Virus record (IMG/VR): IMGVR_UViG_2526164628_000008
Direction: 5' to 3' (one strand)
DNA length: 29,070 bases
From: a virus
Taxonomy: Duplodnaviria; Heunggongvirae; Uroviricota; Caudoviricetes
The position numbers were made by a program, and so were the translations under genes. Shown here one piece after another: positions 18,448 through 28,550 of the stretch (its first letter is position 1; every line of letters begins with the position of its first letter). Below the pieces are notes generated by a model. The model did not search any database and had not been told where the DNA came from. It saw only the letters and a program-made list of their open reading frames with translations.

Positions 18448-19347
18448 ATGAGTGGTATTCGTATAACTCAGGCTATTGATAACAATCAGATTTTAGTCAA
18501 TGTAAATACTTTTAATTATAGTGTTAATCCCTATCCACTCAAATGTCCTGACCCAAATTGCTCTGCTCATTTGGTGTATGTCAAAAGCCATATTCGTCGG
18601 AGTTTTAATAAAACCTTGCATATCCCCGCCTTCTTTAGACTGGAAAAAAATTTCACGCATGACAAATTATGTCAGTATGGAACTTCAGGATTGAATACAA
18701 TTTATGCAAGTGATTCCAGTCATGATATCAGCCGTGCGCTTGCCACAGGTAATAATATATTCCGTATACATATACTCGATGAAGATGATATCTCTAAATT
18801 AAGCAGAAAAGCTGCAGCTATGCAGGCAAATCCACCTTCTGATACTACAGACCGCGTTTATGTCAAGAGAGGTCGGAAAGCCCCCTATGTGAAGAACATG
18901 GATAGCTTACGGGAGATCTATGAATATGGAAAAGCTCACCCCAACAAGAGAAACAGCATAAAAATTGTTACTGGAACAAGTACTGTAACGTGGTCTGATT
19001 TTTTCTATGAAACAACGCAGTTAGAACGATTGTCAACTTACCTCCAGAAAGTAAAAATAGCTCAGGTTGCTGTAATTATGAAAGTGCATGTGGCGAGAAT
19101 CCCTATGGCGAAATTTAATTATCGACACTTCATTGAAGGTTCGCCAATGAGGATAAAAGGGGGCTTTAATATATATCCTACGATTCAATTAGGAAATGTT
19201 ACTCCAAAATTATTTCCGTTGAGTAGCATTGTCATGGTACTCGGTAAATTTACTATTCCAACAAATAGAAAAATGATAATGGATCCAACATTTGAGCGTG
19301 AAGTCAGAACCATAGTTTCTAGTGAAGAGCAAGTGCTAATTCTTTGA
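18448..19347 (+). CDS. hypothetical protein, cargo at the Z/fun position between G and FI
   Basis: 299-aa ORF in an AT-rich island with GGAGG ribosome-binding site (TATGGAGGAGTAATG). No recognisable domain; Cys/His-containing N-terminus (CPDPNCSAHLVYVKSH). Whether it is the P2 fun(Z) homologue is untested. Confidence 0.65.
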   Translation: MSGIRITQAIDNNQILVNVNTFNYSVNPYPLKCPDPNCSAHLVYVKSHIRRSFNKTLHIPAFFRLEKNFTHDKLCQYGTSGLNTIYASDSSHDISRALATGNNIFRIHILDEDDISKLSRKAAAMQANPPSDTTDRVYVKRGRKAPYVKNMDSLREIYEYGKAHPNKRNSIKIVTGTSTVTWSDFFYETTQLERLSTYLQKVKIAQVAVIMKVHVARIPMAKFNYRHFIEGSPMRIKGGFNIYPTIQLGNVTPKLFPLSSIVMVLGKFTIPTNRKMIMDPTFEREVRTIVSSEEQVLIL

Positions 19348-19543
19348 AATCAAGAGGATTTGGCTCGGATGATTATGTGCGGCTTATAACCATAACGTAA
19401 TGAGCGGATTTTTCTACTGCTTTTTATCATTTTGGTTAACTAAAACTAATCTCTGCTCCTCGCTCAAAGCAGACTGTCAGATTTGATAGCGTTTTGGCTA
19501 TGTAAATTGTCAGTCGGAAAATGAGTGAGTACAAATCAGGACA

Positions 19544-19572
19544 GGCGGGCGAATTGCCTGCCTTTTCTTTAT
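19544..19572 (+). terminator. putative intrinsic terminator downstream of the Z/fun-position cargo gene
   Basis: GGCGGGC-GAATT-GCCTGCC stem-loop (7 bp, one G-U) followed by the T-rich run TTTTCTTTAT. Confidence 0.45.
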
Positions 19573-19666
19573 CTGTTGTTTCATCCACTGACCAGCCAGG
19601 TCAAATAGCGTCTCATGCTCTGCACAACAGAAAATAGTTGCACCCATTAACCACGGAGTTAAACGG

Positions 19667-20857
19667 ATGAGCGACTATCATCATGGCGTGCAGGTGCTGG
19701 AGATTAACGACGGCACCCGCGTCATTTCCACTGTATCCACCGCCATTGTCGGCATGGTCTGCACGGCCAGCGATGCGGATGCGGAAACCTTCCCCCTCAA
19801 TAAACCGGTGCTGATTACCAATGTGCAGAGCGCAATTGCAAAGGCTGGTAAAAAAGGCACGCTGGCGGCATCGTTGCAGGCCATCGCTGACCAGTCAAAA
19901 CCGGTCACCGTTGTTGTGCGTGTGGAAGACGGCACCGGCGACGACGAGGAAACGAAACTCGCGCAGACCGTATCCAATATCATCGGCACCACCGACGAAA
20001 ACGGTCAGTACACCGGACTGAAAGCCCTGCTGGCGGCGGAGTCGGTAACCGGTGTTAAACCGCGTATTCTCGGCGTGCCGGGGCTGGATACCAAAGAGGT
20101 GGCTGTTGCACTGGCATCAGTCTGTCAGAAGCTGCGCGCTTTCGGGTATATCAGCGCATGGGGCTGTAAAACCATTTCCGAGGTGAAAGCCTACCGCCAG
20201 AATTTCAGCCAGCGTGAGCTGATGGTCATCTGGCCAGATTTCCTCGCATGGGATACGGTCACCAGTACCACCGCCACCGCGTATGCCACCGCCCGTGCGC
20301 TGGGTCTGCGCGCTAAAATCGACCAGGAGCAGGGCTGGCATAAAACGCTGTCCAATGTCGGGGTAAACGGTGTTACCGGCATCAGTGCCTCTGTATTCTG
20401 GGATTTGCAGGAGTCCGGCACCGATGCTGACCTGTTGAACGAGTCAGGTGTCACAACGCTGATTCGCCGTGACGGTTTCCGCTTCTGGGGTAACCGTACC
20501 TGCTCTGATGACCCGCTGTTCCTCTTTGAAAACTACACCCGCACCGCGCAGGTGCTGGCCGACACGATGGCTGAGGCGCACATGTGGGCGGTGGACAAGC
20601 CCATCACCGCAACGCTGATTCGCGACATCGTTGACGGCATCAATGCCAAATTCCGTGAGCTGAAAACAAACGGCTATATCGTGGATGCGACCTGCTGGTT
20701 CAGCGAAGAATCCAACGATGCGGAAACCCTCAAGGCCGGAAAACTGTATATCGACTACGACTATACACCGGTGCCTCCTCTTGAAAACCTGACCCTGCGC
20801 CAGCGTATTACCGATAAATACCTGGCAAATCTGGTCACCTCGGTTAACAGCAATTAA
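19667..20857 (+). CDS. FI: tail sheath protein FI (P2 gpFI)
   Basis: 396 aa, MSDYHHGVQVLEINDGTRVISTVSTAIVGMV... Confidence 0.92.
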   Translation: MSDYHHGVQVLEINDGTRVISTVSTAIVGMVCTASDADAETFPLNKPVLITNVQSAIAKAGKKGTLAASLQAIADQSKPVTVVVRVEDGTGDDEETKLAQTVSNIIGTTDENGQYTGLKALLAAESVTGVKPRILGVPGLDTKEVAVALASVCQKLRAFGYISAWGCKTISEVKAYRQNFSQRELMVIWPDFLAWDTVTSTTATAYATARALGLRAKIDQEQGWHKTLSNVGVNGVTGISASVFWDLQESGTDADLLNESGVTTLIRRDGFRFWGNRTCSDDPLFLFENYTRTAQVLADTMAEAHMWAVDKPITATLIRDIVDGINAKFRELKTNGYIVDATCWFSEESNDAETLKAGKLYIDYDYTPVPPLENLTLRQRITDKYLANLVTSVNSN

Positions 20858-20869
20858 GGAGCCTGACCG

Positions 20870-21388
20870 ATGGCAATGCCGCGCAAACTCAAGTTAATGA
20901 ACGTCTTTCTGAACGGCTACAGCTATCAGGGCGTCGCGAAGTCCGTCACGCTACCAAAACTGACCCGTAAGCTCGAAAACTATCGCGGTGCGGGGATGAA
21001 CGGCAGCGCACCGGTAGACCTCGGCCTTGATGACGATGCGCTGTCAATGGAGTGGTCGCTCGGTGGCTTCCCGGATTCGGTTATCTGGGAGCTTTACGCC
21101 GCAACCGGTGTGGATGCCGTACCGATTCGTTTTGCAGGCTCTTACCAGCGCGACGATACCGGCGAAACGGTGGCCGTCGAGGTGGTCATGCGTGGACGTC
21201 AGAAAGAAATCGACACCGGCGAGGGCAAACAGGGAGAAGACACCGAGTCGAAAATCTCCGTGGTCTGCACCTATTTCCGGCTGACGATGGACGGTAAGGA
21301 GCTGGTCGAAATCGACACCATCAACATGATTGAGAAGGTGAACGGCGTCGACCGGCTGGAGCAACACCGCCGCAATATCGGCCTGTGA
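20870..21388 (+). CDS. FII: tail tube protein FII (P2 gpFII)
   Basis: 172 aa directly after FI. Confidence 0.92.
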   Translation: MAMPRKLKLMNVFLNGYSYQGVAKSVTLPKLTRKLENYRGAGMNGSAPVDLGLDDDALSMEWSLGGFPDSVIWELYAATGVDAVPIRFAGSYQRDDTGETVAVEVVMRGRQKEIDTGEGKQGEDTESKISVVCTYFRLTMDGKELVEIDTINMIEKVNGVDRLEQHRRNIGL

Positions 21389-21444
21389 TTTTCATCCGGT
21401 CAGCCTGGCTGACCGGTTAACCCCGATTCAGAAGTGAGAAAACC

Positions 21445-21720
21445 ATGAACAAAGAAAATGTGATTACCCTGGACAATCCGGTCAAGCGTGGTGAGCAGGT
21501 TATCGAACAGGTCACGCTGATGAAACCTAATGCCGGGACGCTGCGCGGTGTCAGTCTGGCTGCGGTCGCAAACTCCGAAGTCGATGCACTGATTAAGGTG
21601 CTGCCGCGCATGACGGCACCGATGCTGACCGAGCAGGAGGTCGCCGCGCTGGAACTGCCTGACCTTGTGGCGCTGGCCGGTAAGGTGGTCGGTTTTTTGT
21701 CGCCGAACTCGGTGCAGTGA
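21445..21720 (+). CDS. E: tail assembly chaperone E (P2 gpE)
   Basis: 91 aa, MNKENVITLDNPVKRGEQVIEQVTLMKPNAG...; precedes the tape measure gene. Confidence 0.9.
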   Translation: MNKENVITLDNPVKRGEQVIEQVTLMKPNAGTLRGVSLAAVANSEVDALIKVLPRMTAPMLTEQEVAALELPDLVALAGKVVGFLSPNSVQ

Positions 21721-21872
21721 CGTTTCCGAAAAATCTCTCGGTCGATGACCTGATGGCAGATGTGGCTGTGATATTTCACTGGCCGCCATCAGAACTGTAT
21801 CCCATGAGTCTGACCGAACTCATCACATGGCGCGAAAAGGCGCTCCGGCGAAGCGGAAACACGAATGAGTAA
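21445..21872 (+). CDS. E': E+E' frameshift product (programmed -1 frameshift at T TTT TTG, 21693-21699)
   Basis: Slippery heptamer near the end of E; the -1 frame stays open to TAA at 21870-21872, overlapping the T start, as in P2 and the lambda G/GT paradigm. Confidence 0.75.
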
Positions 21873-24312
21873 CAATGTAAAATTACAGGTATTGCTCAGG
21901 GCTGTTGACCAGGCATCCCGCCCGTTTAAATCCATCCGCACAGCGAGCAAATCGCTGTCGGGGGATATCCGGGAAACACAAAAATCACTGCGCGAGCTGA
22001 ACGGTCAGGCATCCCGTATTGAGGGATTTCGCAAGACCAGTGCACAGCTCGCCGTGACTGGTCATGCACTTGAAAAGGCACGGCAGGAGGCCGAAGCCCT
22101 TGCCACACAGTTTAAAAACACCGAACGTCCGACACGTGCTCAGGCGAAAGTGCTGGAATCCGCGAAGCGTGCGGCGGAGGACTTACAGGCGAAATATAAC
22201 CGCCTGACGGATTCCGTTAAACGCCAGCAGCGGGAACTGGCCGTTGTGGGAATTAATACCCGCAATCTTGCACATGATGAGCAGGGACTGAAAAACCGTA
22301 TCAGTGAAACCACCGCACAGCTTAACCGTCAGCGTGACGCGCTGGCGCGTGTCAGTGCGCAACAGGCAAAACTTAACGCAGTAAAACAGCGTTATCAGGC
22401 AGGCAAGGAACTGGCCGGAAATATGGCCTCAGTGGGCGCTGCCGGTGTGGGGATTGCGGCGGCGGGAACGATGGCCGGAGTTAAGTTGCTGATGCCAGGT
22501 TATGAGTTTGCGCAGAAAAACTCAGAATTGCTGGCCGTGCTCGGAGTGGCAAAAGACTCCGCCGAAATGACCGCACTACGCAAACAGGCGCGCCAGCTCG
22601 GCGACAATACCGCCGCCTCGGCGGATGATGCGGCCGGTGCACAGATAATCATCGCGAAAGCCGGTGGGGATGTTGATGCCATTCAGGCGGCAACGCCGGT
22701 CACGCTGAATATGGCGCTGGCGAACCGCCGCACGATGGAAGAAAACGCCGCCCTGCTGATGGGGATGAAATCCGCCTTTCAGCTTTCAAACGATAAGGTC
22801 GCTCATATCGGGGATGTTCTCTCCATGACGATGAACAAAACCGCCGCCGATTTTGACGGCATGAGCGATGCGCTGACCTATGCCGCACCTGTGGCAAAAA
22901 ATGCCGGTGTCAGCATTGAAGAAACCGCCGCAATGGTCGGGGCGCTGCATGATGCAAAAATCACAGGCTCAATGGCGGGGACGGGAAGCCGTGCCGTGTT
23001 AAGCCGCCTGCAGGCACCGACGGGAAAAGCGTGGGATGCACTGAAAGAGCTTGGTGTGAAAACCTCAGACAGCAAGGGAAACACCCGACCAGTATTTACC
23101 ATTCTGAAAGAAATGCAGGCCAGTTTTGAGAAAAACCGGCTCGGTACTGCCCAGCAGGCAGAATACATGAAAACCATTTTCGGGGAGGAGGCCAGCTCAG
23201 CCGCCGCTGTGCTGATGACTGCCGCGTCAACCGGAAAGCTGGACAAACTGACCGCTGCGTTTAAAGCCTCAGACGGAAAGACCGCAGAACTGGTAAATAT
23301 CATGCAGGACAACCTCGGCGGTGACTTTAAGGAGTTTCAGTCCGCTTATGAGGCGGTGGGGACTGACCTGTTTGACCAGCAGGAAGGCGCACTGCGTAAG
23401 CTCACTCAGACGGCCACAAAGTATGTGTTAAAACTCGACGGCTGGATCCAGAAAAACAAATCACTGGCGTCAACCATCGGCATCATTGCCGGTGGCGCAC
23501 TGGCGCTGACTGGCATCATCGGTGCCATTGGTCTTGTAGCCTGGCCGGTTATCACCGGCATCAATGCCATCATCGCGGCAGCAGGCGCAATGGGGGCAAT
23601 CTTCACGACGGTTGGCAGTGCTGTTATGACGGCCATCGGGGCGATTAGCTGGCCGGTTGTGGCCGTGGTGGCCGCCATTGTCGCCGGGGTGTTGCTTATC
23701 CGTAAATACTGGGAGCCTGTCAGCGCATTCTTTGGCGGTGTGGTGGAAGGGCTGAAAGCGGCATTTGCGCCGGTGGGGGAACTGTTCACGCCACTTAAGC
23801 CGGTGTTTGACTGGCTGGGCGAAAAGTTACAGGCCGCGTGGCAGTGGTTTAAAAACCTGATTGCCCCGGTCAAAGCCACACAGGACACCCTGAACCGTTG
23901 CCGTGACACGGGCGTCATGTTCGGGCAGGCACTGGCTGACGCGCTGATGCTGCCGCTTAATGCGTTCAACAAACTGCGCAGCGGCATTGACTGGGTACTG
24001 GAAAAGCTCGGGGTCATCAACAAAGAGTCAGACACACTTGACCAGACCGCCGCCAGAACTCATGCCGCCACGTATGGCACCGGTGGTTATATTCCGGCGA
24101 CCAGCTCTTATGCAGGCTATCAGGCTTATCAGCCGGTCACGGCACCGGCTGGCCGCTCTTATGTGGACCAGAGTAAAAACGAATATCACATCAGCCTGAC
24201 GGGTGGTACTGCGCCGGGGACACAGCTTGACCGCCAGTTACAGGATGCGCTCGAAAAATACGAGCGGGATAAACGTGCGCGCGCCCGTGCCAGCATGATG
24301 CATGACGGTTAA
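21865..24312 (+). CDS. T: tail tape measure protein T (P2 gpT)
   Basis: 815 aa, Ala/Gly-rich with hydrophobic central segment; position after E/E'. Confidence 0.92.
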   Translation: MSNNVKLQVLLRAVDQASRPFKSIRTASKSLSGDIRETQKSLRELNGQASRIEGFRKTSAQLAVTGHALEKARQEAEALATQFKNTERPTRAQAKVLESAKRAAEDLQAKYNRLTDSVKRQQRELAVVGINTRNLAHDEQGLKNRISETTAQLNRQRDALARVSAQQAKLNAVKQRYQAGKELAGNMASVGAAGVGIAAAGTMAGVKLLMPGYEFAQKNSELLAVLGVAKDSAEMTALRKQARQLGDNTAASADDAAGAQIIIAKAGGDVDAIQAATPVTLNMALANRRTMEENAALLMGMKSAFQLSNDKVAHIGDVLSMTMNKTAADFDGMSDALTYAAPVAKNAGVSIEETAAMVGALHDAKITGSMAGTGSRAVLSRLQAPTGKAWDALKELGVKTSDSKGNTRPVFTILKEMQASFEKNRLGTAQQAEYMKTIFGEEASSAAAVLMTAASTGKLDKLTAAFKASDGKTAELVNIMQDNLGGDFKEFQSAYEAVGTDLFDQQEGALRKLTQTATKYVLKLDGWIQKNKSLASTIGIIAGGALALTGIIGAIGLVAWPVITGINAIIAAAGAMGAIFTTVGSAVMTAIGAISWPVVAVVAAIVAGVLLIRKYWEPVSAFFGGVVEGLKAAFAPVGELFTPLKPVFDWLGEKLQAAWQWFKNLIAPVKATQDTLNRCRDTGVMFGQALADALMLPLNAFNKLRSGIDWVLEKLGVINKESDTLDQTAARTHAATYGTGGYIPATSSYAGYQAYQPVTAPAGRSYVDQSKNEYHISLTGGTAPGTQLDRQLQDALEKYERDKRARARASMMHDG

Positions 24313-24326
24313 GGAGGTGACGAAAA

Positions 24327-24806
24327 ATGATGCTCGCGTTAGGTATGTTTGTTTTTATGCGCCAGACGCTGCCACACCAGACCATGCAGCGTGAATCAGA
24401 TTATCGCTGGCCGTCAAATTCCCGTATCGGTAAACGGGATGCCTACCAGTTTCTCGGCGTTGGCGAGGAAAACATGACGCTGGCCGGTGTGCTTTATCCC
24501 GAACTGACCGGCGGCAAGCTGACGATGACCACGCTCAGGCTGATGGCAGAGGAAGGTCGGGCGTGGCCGTTGCTGGATGGCACCGGCATGATTTACGGCA
24601 TGTATGTCATCAGCAGGGTGAGTGAAACAGGGAGTATTTTCTTTGCAGACGGCACACCCCGAAAAATTGATTTTACGCTGTCGCTCACCCGCGTTGACGA
24701 ATCACTGGCCGCGCTTTATGGCGATATCGGTAAACAGGCGGAATCGCTCATCGGTAAGGCTGGCAGTATGGCGACTAAATTCACAGGTATGACGGGGGCG
24801 GGATAA
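24327..24806 (+). CDS. U: tail protein U (P2 gpU)
   Basis: 159 aa, P2 order. Confidence 0.9.
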   Translation: MMLALGMFVFMRQTLPHQTMQRESDYRWPSNSRIGKRDAYQFLGVGEENMTLAGVLYPELTGGKLTMTTLRLMAEEGRAWPLLDGTGMIYGMYVISRVSETGSIFFADGTPRKIDFTLSLTRVDESLAALYGDIGKQAESLIGKAGSMATKFTGMTGAG

Positions 24807-25969
24807 TGCTGGATGCACTGACATTTGATGCAGGCAGTACGCTGACGCCGGATTACATGCTGATGCTCGACAGCAGGGATATTACCGGCAATATCAGCGA
24901 CCGTCTAATGAGCATGACTCTGACGGATAACCGGGGCTTTGAGGCTGACCAGCTTGATATTGAACTGAACGATGCCGACGGGCAGGTCGGGCTGCCGATT
25001 CGTGGCGCTGTCCTGACGGTGTATATCGGCTGGAAAGGTTTTGCCCTGGTATGCAAAGGGAAATTTACCGTTGATGAGGTTGAACACCGGGGCGCGCCGG
25101 ATGTGGTCACCATCCGCGCCCGGAGTGCAGATTTTCGCGGGACGCTCAATTCCCGCCGTGAAGGCTCCTGGCATGACACCACGCTCGGTGCGATTGTTGA
25201 GGCAATAGCCTCCCGTAACAGGCTGGAAGCCAGTGTCGCGCCGTCACTGGCCGGAATTAAAATCCCGCACATCGACCAGTCGCAGGAGTCTGATGCAAAA
25301 TTCCTGACCCGCCTTGCTGAACGCAACGGCGGTGAGGTGTCGGTAAAAATGGGAAAATTGTTGTTTCTCAAAGCGGGGCAGGGGGTGACGGCCAGCGGTA
25401 AAAAAATCCAGCAGGTCACCATCACCCGCAGCGACGGCGACCGTCATCATTTTGCGATTGCTGACCGTGGAGCCTACACCGGCGTAACGGCAAAGTGGTT
25501 ACACACCAAAGACCCGAAGCCGCAAAAGCAGAAGGTAAAACTGAAACGCAAAAAGAAAGAGAAACACCTGCGCGCACTGGAGCACCCGAAAGCGAAACCG
25601 GTCAGGCAGAAGAAAGCGCCAAAAGTACCGGAAGCGCGCGAAGGTGAATACATGGCCGGTGAGGCTGACAACGTTTTTGCCCTGACCACGGTATATGCCA
25701 CGAAAGCACAGGCCATGCGCGCCGCTCAGGCTAAGTGGGATAAACTGCAACGGAGTGTAGCAGAGTTCTCCATCAGCCTGGCTACCGGTCGGGCCGATAT
25801 TTACACGGAAACACCGGTTAAAGTGTCAGGCTTTAAGCGCGTCATAGACGAGCAGGACTGGACAATCACTAAGGTGACACATTTTCTTAATAATAGCGGC
25901 TTCACGACGTCCTTAGATCTTGAGGTCAGGCTTTCTGATGTGGAGTACGAAACAGAAGATGATGAGTGA
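24806..25969 (+). CDS. D: tail protein D (P2 gpD)
   Basis: 387 aa, overlaps the U stop; contains a Lys-rich low-complexity segment (KDPKPQKQKVKLKRKKKEKHL...). Confidence 0.9.
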   Translation: MLDALTFDAGSTLTPDYMLMLDSRDITGNISDRLMSMTLTDNRGFEADQLDIELNDADGQVGLPIRGAVLTVYIGWKGFALVCKGKFTVDEVEHRGAPDVVTIRARSADFRGTLNSRREGSWHDTTLGAIVEAIASRNRLEASVAPSLAGIKIPHIDQSQESDAKFLTRLAERNGGEVSVKMGKLLFLKAGQGVTASGKKIQQVTITRSDGDRHHFAIADRGAYTGVTAKWLHTKDPKPQKQKVKLKRKKKEKHLRALEHPKAKPVRQKKAPKVPEAREGEYMAGEADNVFALTTVYATKAQAMRAAQAKWDKLQRSVAEFSISLATGRADIYTETPVKVSGFKRVIDEQDWTITKVTHFLNNSGFTTSLDLEVRLSDVEYETEDDE

Positions 25970-26050
25970 TGTTTTTATTTTATCTGTTTGTTTTGTAAGG
26001 ATAAATTAACTAAAATGACACCATCAACAAAACCGGAAGAGGTGCTCGCG

Positions 26051-26269
26051 ATGTTTCATTGTCCTTTATGCCAGCATGCCGCACATGCGCGTACAAGCCG
26101 CTATATCACTGACACGACAAAAGAGCGTTATCACCAGTGTCAGAACGTGAATTGCAGCGCCACGTTCATCACTTATGAGTCGGTGCAGCGATACATCGTG
26201 AAGCCGGGAGAAGTCCACGCCGTAAGGCCGCACCCGTTGCCGTCAGGACAGCAAATTATGTGGATGTGA
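26051..26269 (+). CDS. ogr: late transcription activator Ogr (zinc-finger)
   Basis: 72 aa, MFHCPLCQHAAHARTSRYITDTTKERYHQCQNVNCSATF... with the C-x2-C ... C-x4-C zinc-binding pattern. The ORF track start at 25988 is an upstream extension. Confidence 0.92.
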   Translation: MFHCPLCQHAAHARTSRYITDTTKERYHQCQNVNCSATFITYESVQRYIVKPGEVHAVRPHPLPSGQQIMWM

Positions 26270-26279
26270 TCACAAAAAT

Positions 26280-26307
26280 AGCCCCTCAGTTGAGGGGCTT
26301 TATTTAT
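26280..26307 (+). terminator. intrinsic terminator after ogr
   Basis: AGCCCCTC-AGTT-GAGGGGCT perfect 8-bp stem followed by TTATTTAT. Confidence 0.7.
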
Positions 26308-26397
26308 GGTCGATGTGGACGCTATGTGGACAGAGTTTGATATAAATCCATTTATATCATCAGGTTAGGTGCTTTTTTGTGACACCATCCCTGTCTT

Positions 26398-26423
26398 CCC
26401 CCACATGATGTGGGGTTTTTTTT
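26398..26423 (+). terminator. intrinsic terminator upstream of fieF (possibly the 3' end of the upstream host gene or part of the att region)
   Basis: CCCCACA-TGA-TGTGGGG stem followed by eight T residues. Confidence 0.6.
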
Positions 26424-26504
26424 ATCCTCAATTTGCCTGCTGCTTAATGCATTGCAGATGATTTGCTTCCGTTATACTAGCGTCAGTTGATAGCGGGAGT
26501 ATTT

Positions 26505-27407
26505 ATGAATCAATCTTATGGACGGCTGGTCAGTCGGGCGGCGATTGCTGCGACGGCGATGGCTTCGTTGCTATTGCTGATTAAAATTTTTGCATGGTGG
26601 TATACCGGGTCGGTGAGTATTCTCGCCGCGCTGGTGGATTCGCTGGTGGATATCGGCGCGTCGTTGACGAATTTATTGGTGGTGCGATATTCCCTGCAAC
26701 CTGCCGACGATAATCACTCGTTTGGTCACGGTAAAGCTGAGTCCCTCGCGGCGCTGGCGCAAAGTATGTTTATCTCCGGTTCGGCACTATTCCTGTTTTT
26801 GACGGGTATTCAACATCTGATATCTCCAACACCGATGACAGATCCAGGCGTCGGGGTTATCGTGACAATTGTGGCGCTAATTTGTACGATTATCCTTGTC
26901 TCGTTTCAGCGTTGGGTGGTGCGGCGGACGCAAAGCCAGGCGGTGCGGGCTGATATGCTACATTACCAGTCTGATGTTATGATGAACGGCGCAATTCTGC
27001 TGGCGCTGGGGTTGTCCTGGTACGGCTGGCATCGCGCCGATGCTCTGTTTGCATTGGGAATCGGCATCTATATTTTATATAGCGCGTTACGCATGGGATA
27101 TGAGGCGGTACAGTCATTACTGGATCGCGCATTGCCTGATGAGGAACGGCAAGAAATTATTGATATCGTGACTTCCTGGCCGGGTGTTAGCGGCGCTCAC
27201 GATCTTCGCACGCGGCAGTCAGGGCCGACCCGCTTTATTCAGATTCATTTGGAAATGGAAGACTCTCTGCCTTTGGTTCAGGCACATATGGTGGCGGATC
27301 AGGTAGAGCAGGCTATTTTACGGCGTTTTCCGGGATCGGATGTAATTATCCATCAGGACCCCTGTTCCGTCGTACCCAGGGAGGGTAAACGGTCTATGCT
27401 TTCATAA
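26505..27407 (+). CDS. fieF: cation diffusion facilitator family Fe/Zn efflux transporter FieF (YiiP)
   Basis: 300 aa from [49 protein letters not shown]...; recognised as enterobacterial FieF. Confidence 0.9.
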
Positions 27408-27587
27408 TCAGTATAAAAGAGAGCCAGACCCGCATTTTGTGTATAAAATACCGCCATTTGGCCTGACCTGAATCAATTCAGCAGGAAGTGATTGTTATAC
27501 TATTTGCACATTCGTTGGATCACTTCGATGTGCAAGAAGACTTCCGGCAACAGATTTCATTTTGCATTCCAAAGTTCAGAGGTAGTC

Positions 27588-28550
27588 ATGATTAAGAAAA
27601 TCGGTGTGTTGACAAGCGGCGGTGATGCGCCAGGCATGAACGCCGCAATTCGCGGGGTTGTTCGTTCTGCGCTGACAGAAGGTCTGGAAGTAATGGGTAT
27701 TTATGACGGCTATCTGGGTCTGTATGAAGACCGTATGGTACAGCTAGACCGTTACAGCGTGTCTGACATGATCAACCGTGGCGGTACGTTCCTCGGTTCT
27801 GCGCGTTTCCCGGAATTCCGCGACGAGAACATCCGCGCCGTGGCTATCGAAAACCTGAAAAAACGTGGTATCGACGCGCTGGTGGTTATCGGCGGTGACG
27901 GTTCCTACATGGGTGCAATGCGTCTGACCGAAATGGGCTTCCCGTGCATCGGTCTGCCGGGCACTATCGACAACGACATCAAAGGCACTGACTACACTAT
28001 CGGTTTCTTCACTGCGCTGAGCACCGTTGTAGAAGCGATCGACCGTCTGCGTGACACCTCTTCTTCTCACCAGCGTATTTCCGTGGTGGAAGTGATGGGC
28101 CGTTATTGTGGCGATCTGACCCTGGCTGCGGCCATTGCCGGTGGCTGTGAATTCGTTGTGGTTCCGGAAGTTGAATTCAGCCGTGAAGACCTGGTAAACG
28201 AAATCAAAGCGGGTATCGCGAAAGGTAAAAAACACGCGATCGTGGCGATTACCGAACATATGTGTGATGTTGACGAACTGGCGCATTTCATCGAGAAAGA
28301 AACCGGTCGTGAAACCCGCGCAACTGTGCTGGGCCACATCCAGCGCGGTGGTTCTCCGGTGCCTTACGACCGTATTCTGGCTTCCCGTATGGGCGCTTAC
28401 GCTATCGATCTGCTGCTGGCAGGTTACGGCGGTCGTTGCGTAGGTATCCAGAACGAACAGTTGGTTCACCACGACATCATCGACGCTATCGAAAACATGA
28501 AGCGTCCGTTCAAAGGCGACTGGCTGGACTGCGCGAAAAAACTGTATTAA
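27588..28550 (+). CDS. pfkA: ATP-dependent 6-phosphofructokinase I
   Basis: 320 aa from [26 protein letters not shown]...; classic PfkA sequence. The ORF track start at 27492 is an upstream extension. Confidence 0.95.

Noticed and set aside
18448-19347. Possibility that this gene is a tail-fibre assembly or structural gene
   Set aside because: G, the fibre chaperone, is already present upstream; the gene is compositionally foreign (AT-rich) and sits exactly at the Z/fun variable locus, so cargo is more likely.
23406-24035. 209-aa minus-strand ORF inside tape measure gene T
   Set aside because: Antisense shadow ORF; Ala/Ser/Pro-rich low-complexity product.
27744-28472. 242-aa minus-strand ORF inside pfkA
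   Set aside because: Antisense to the unambiguous pfkA coding sequence.
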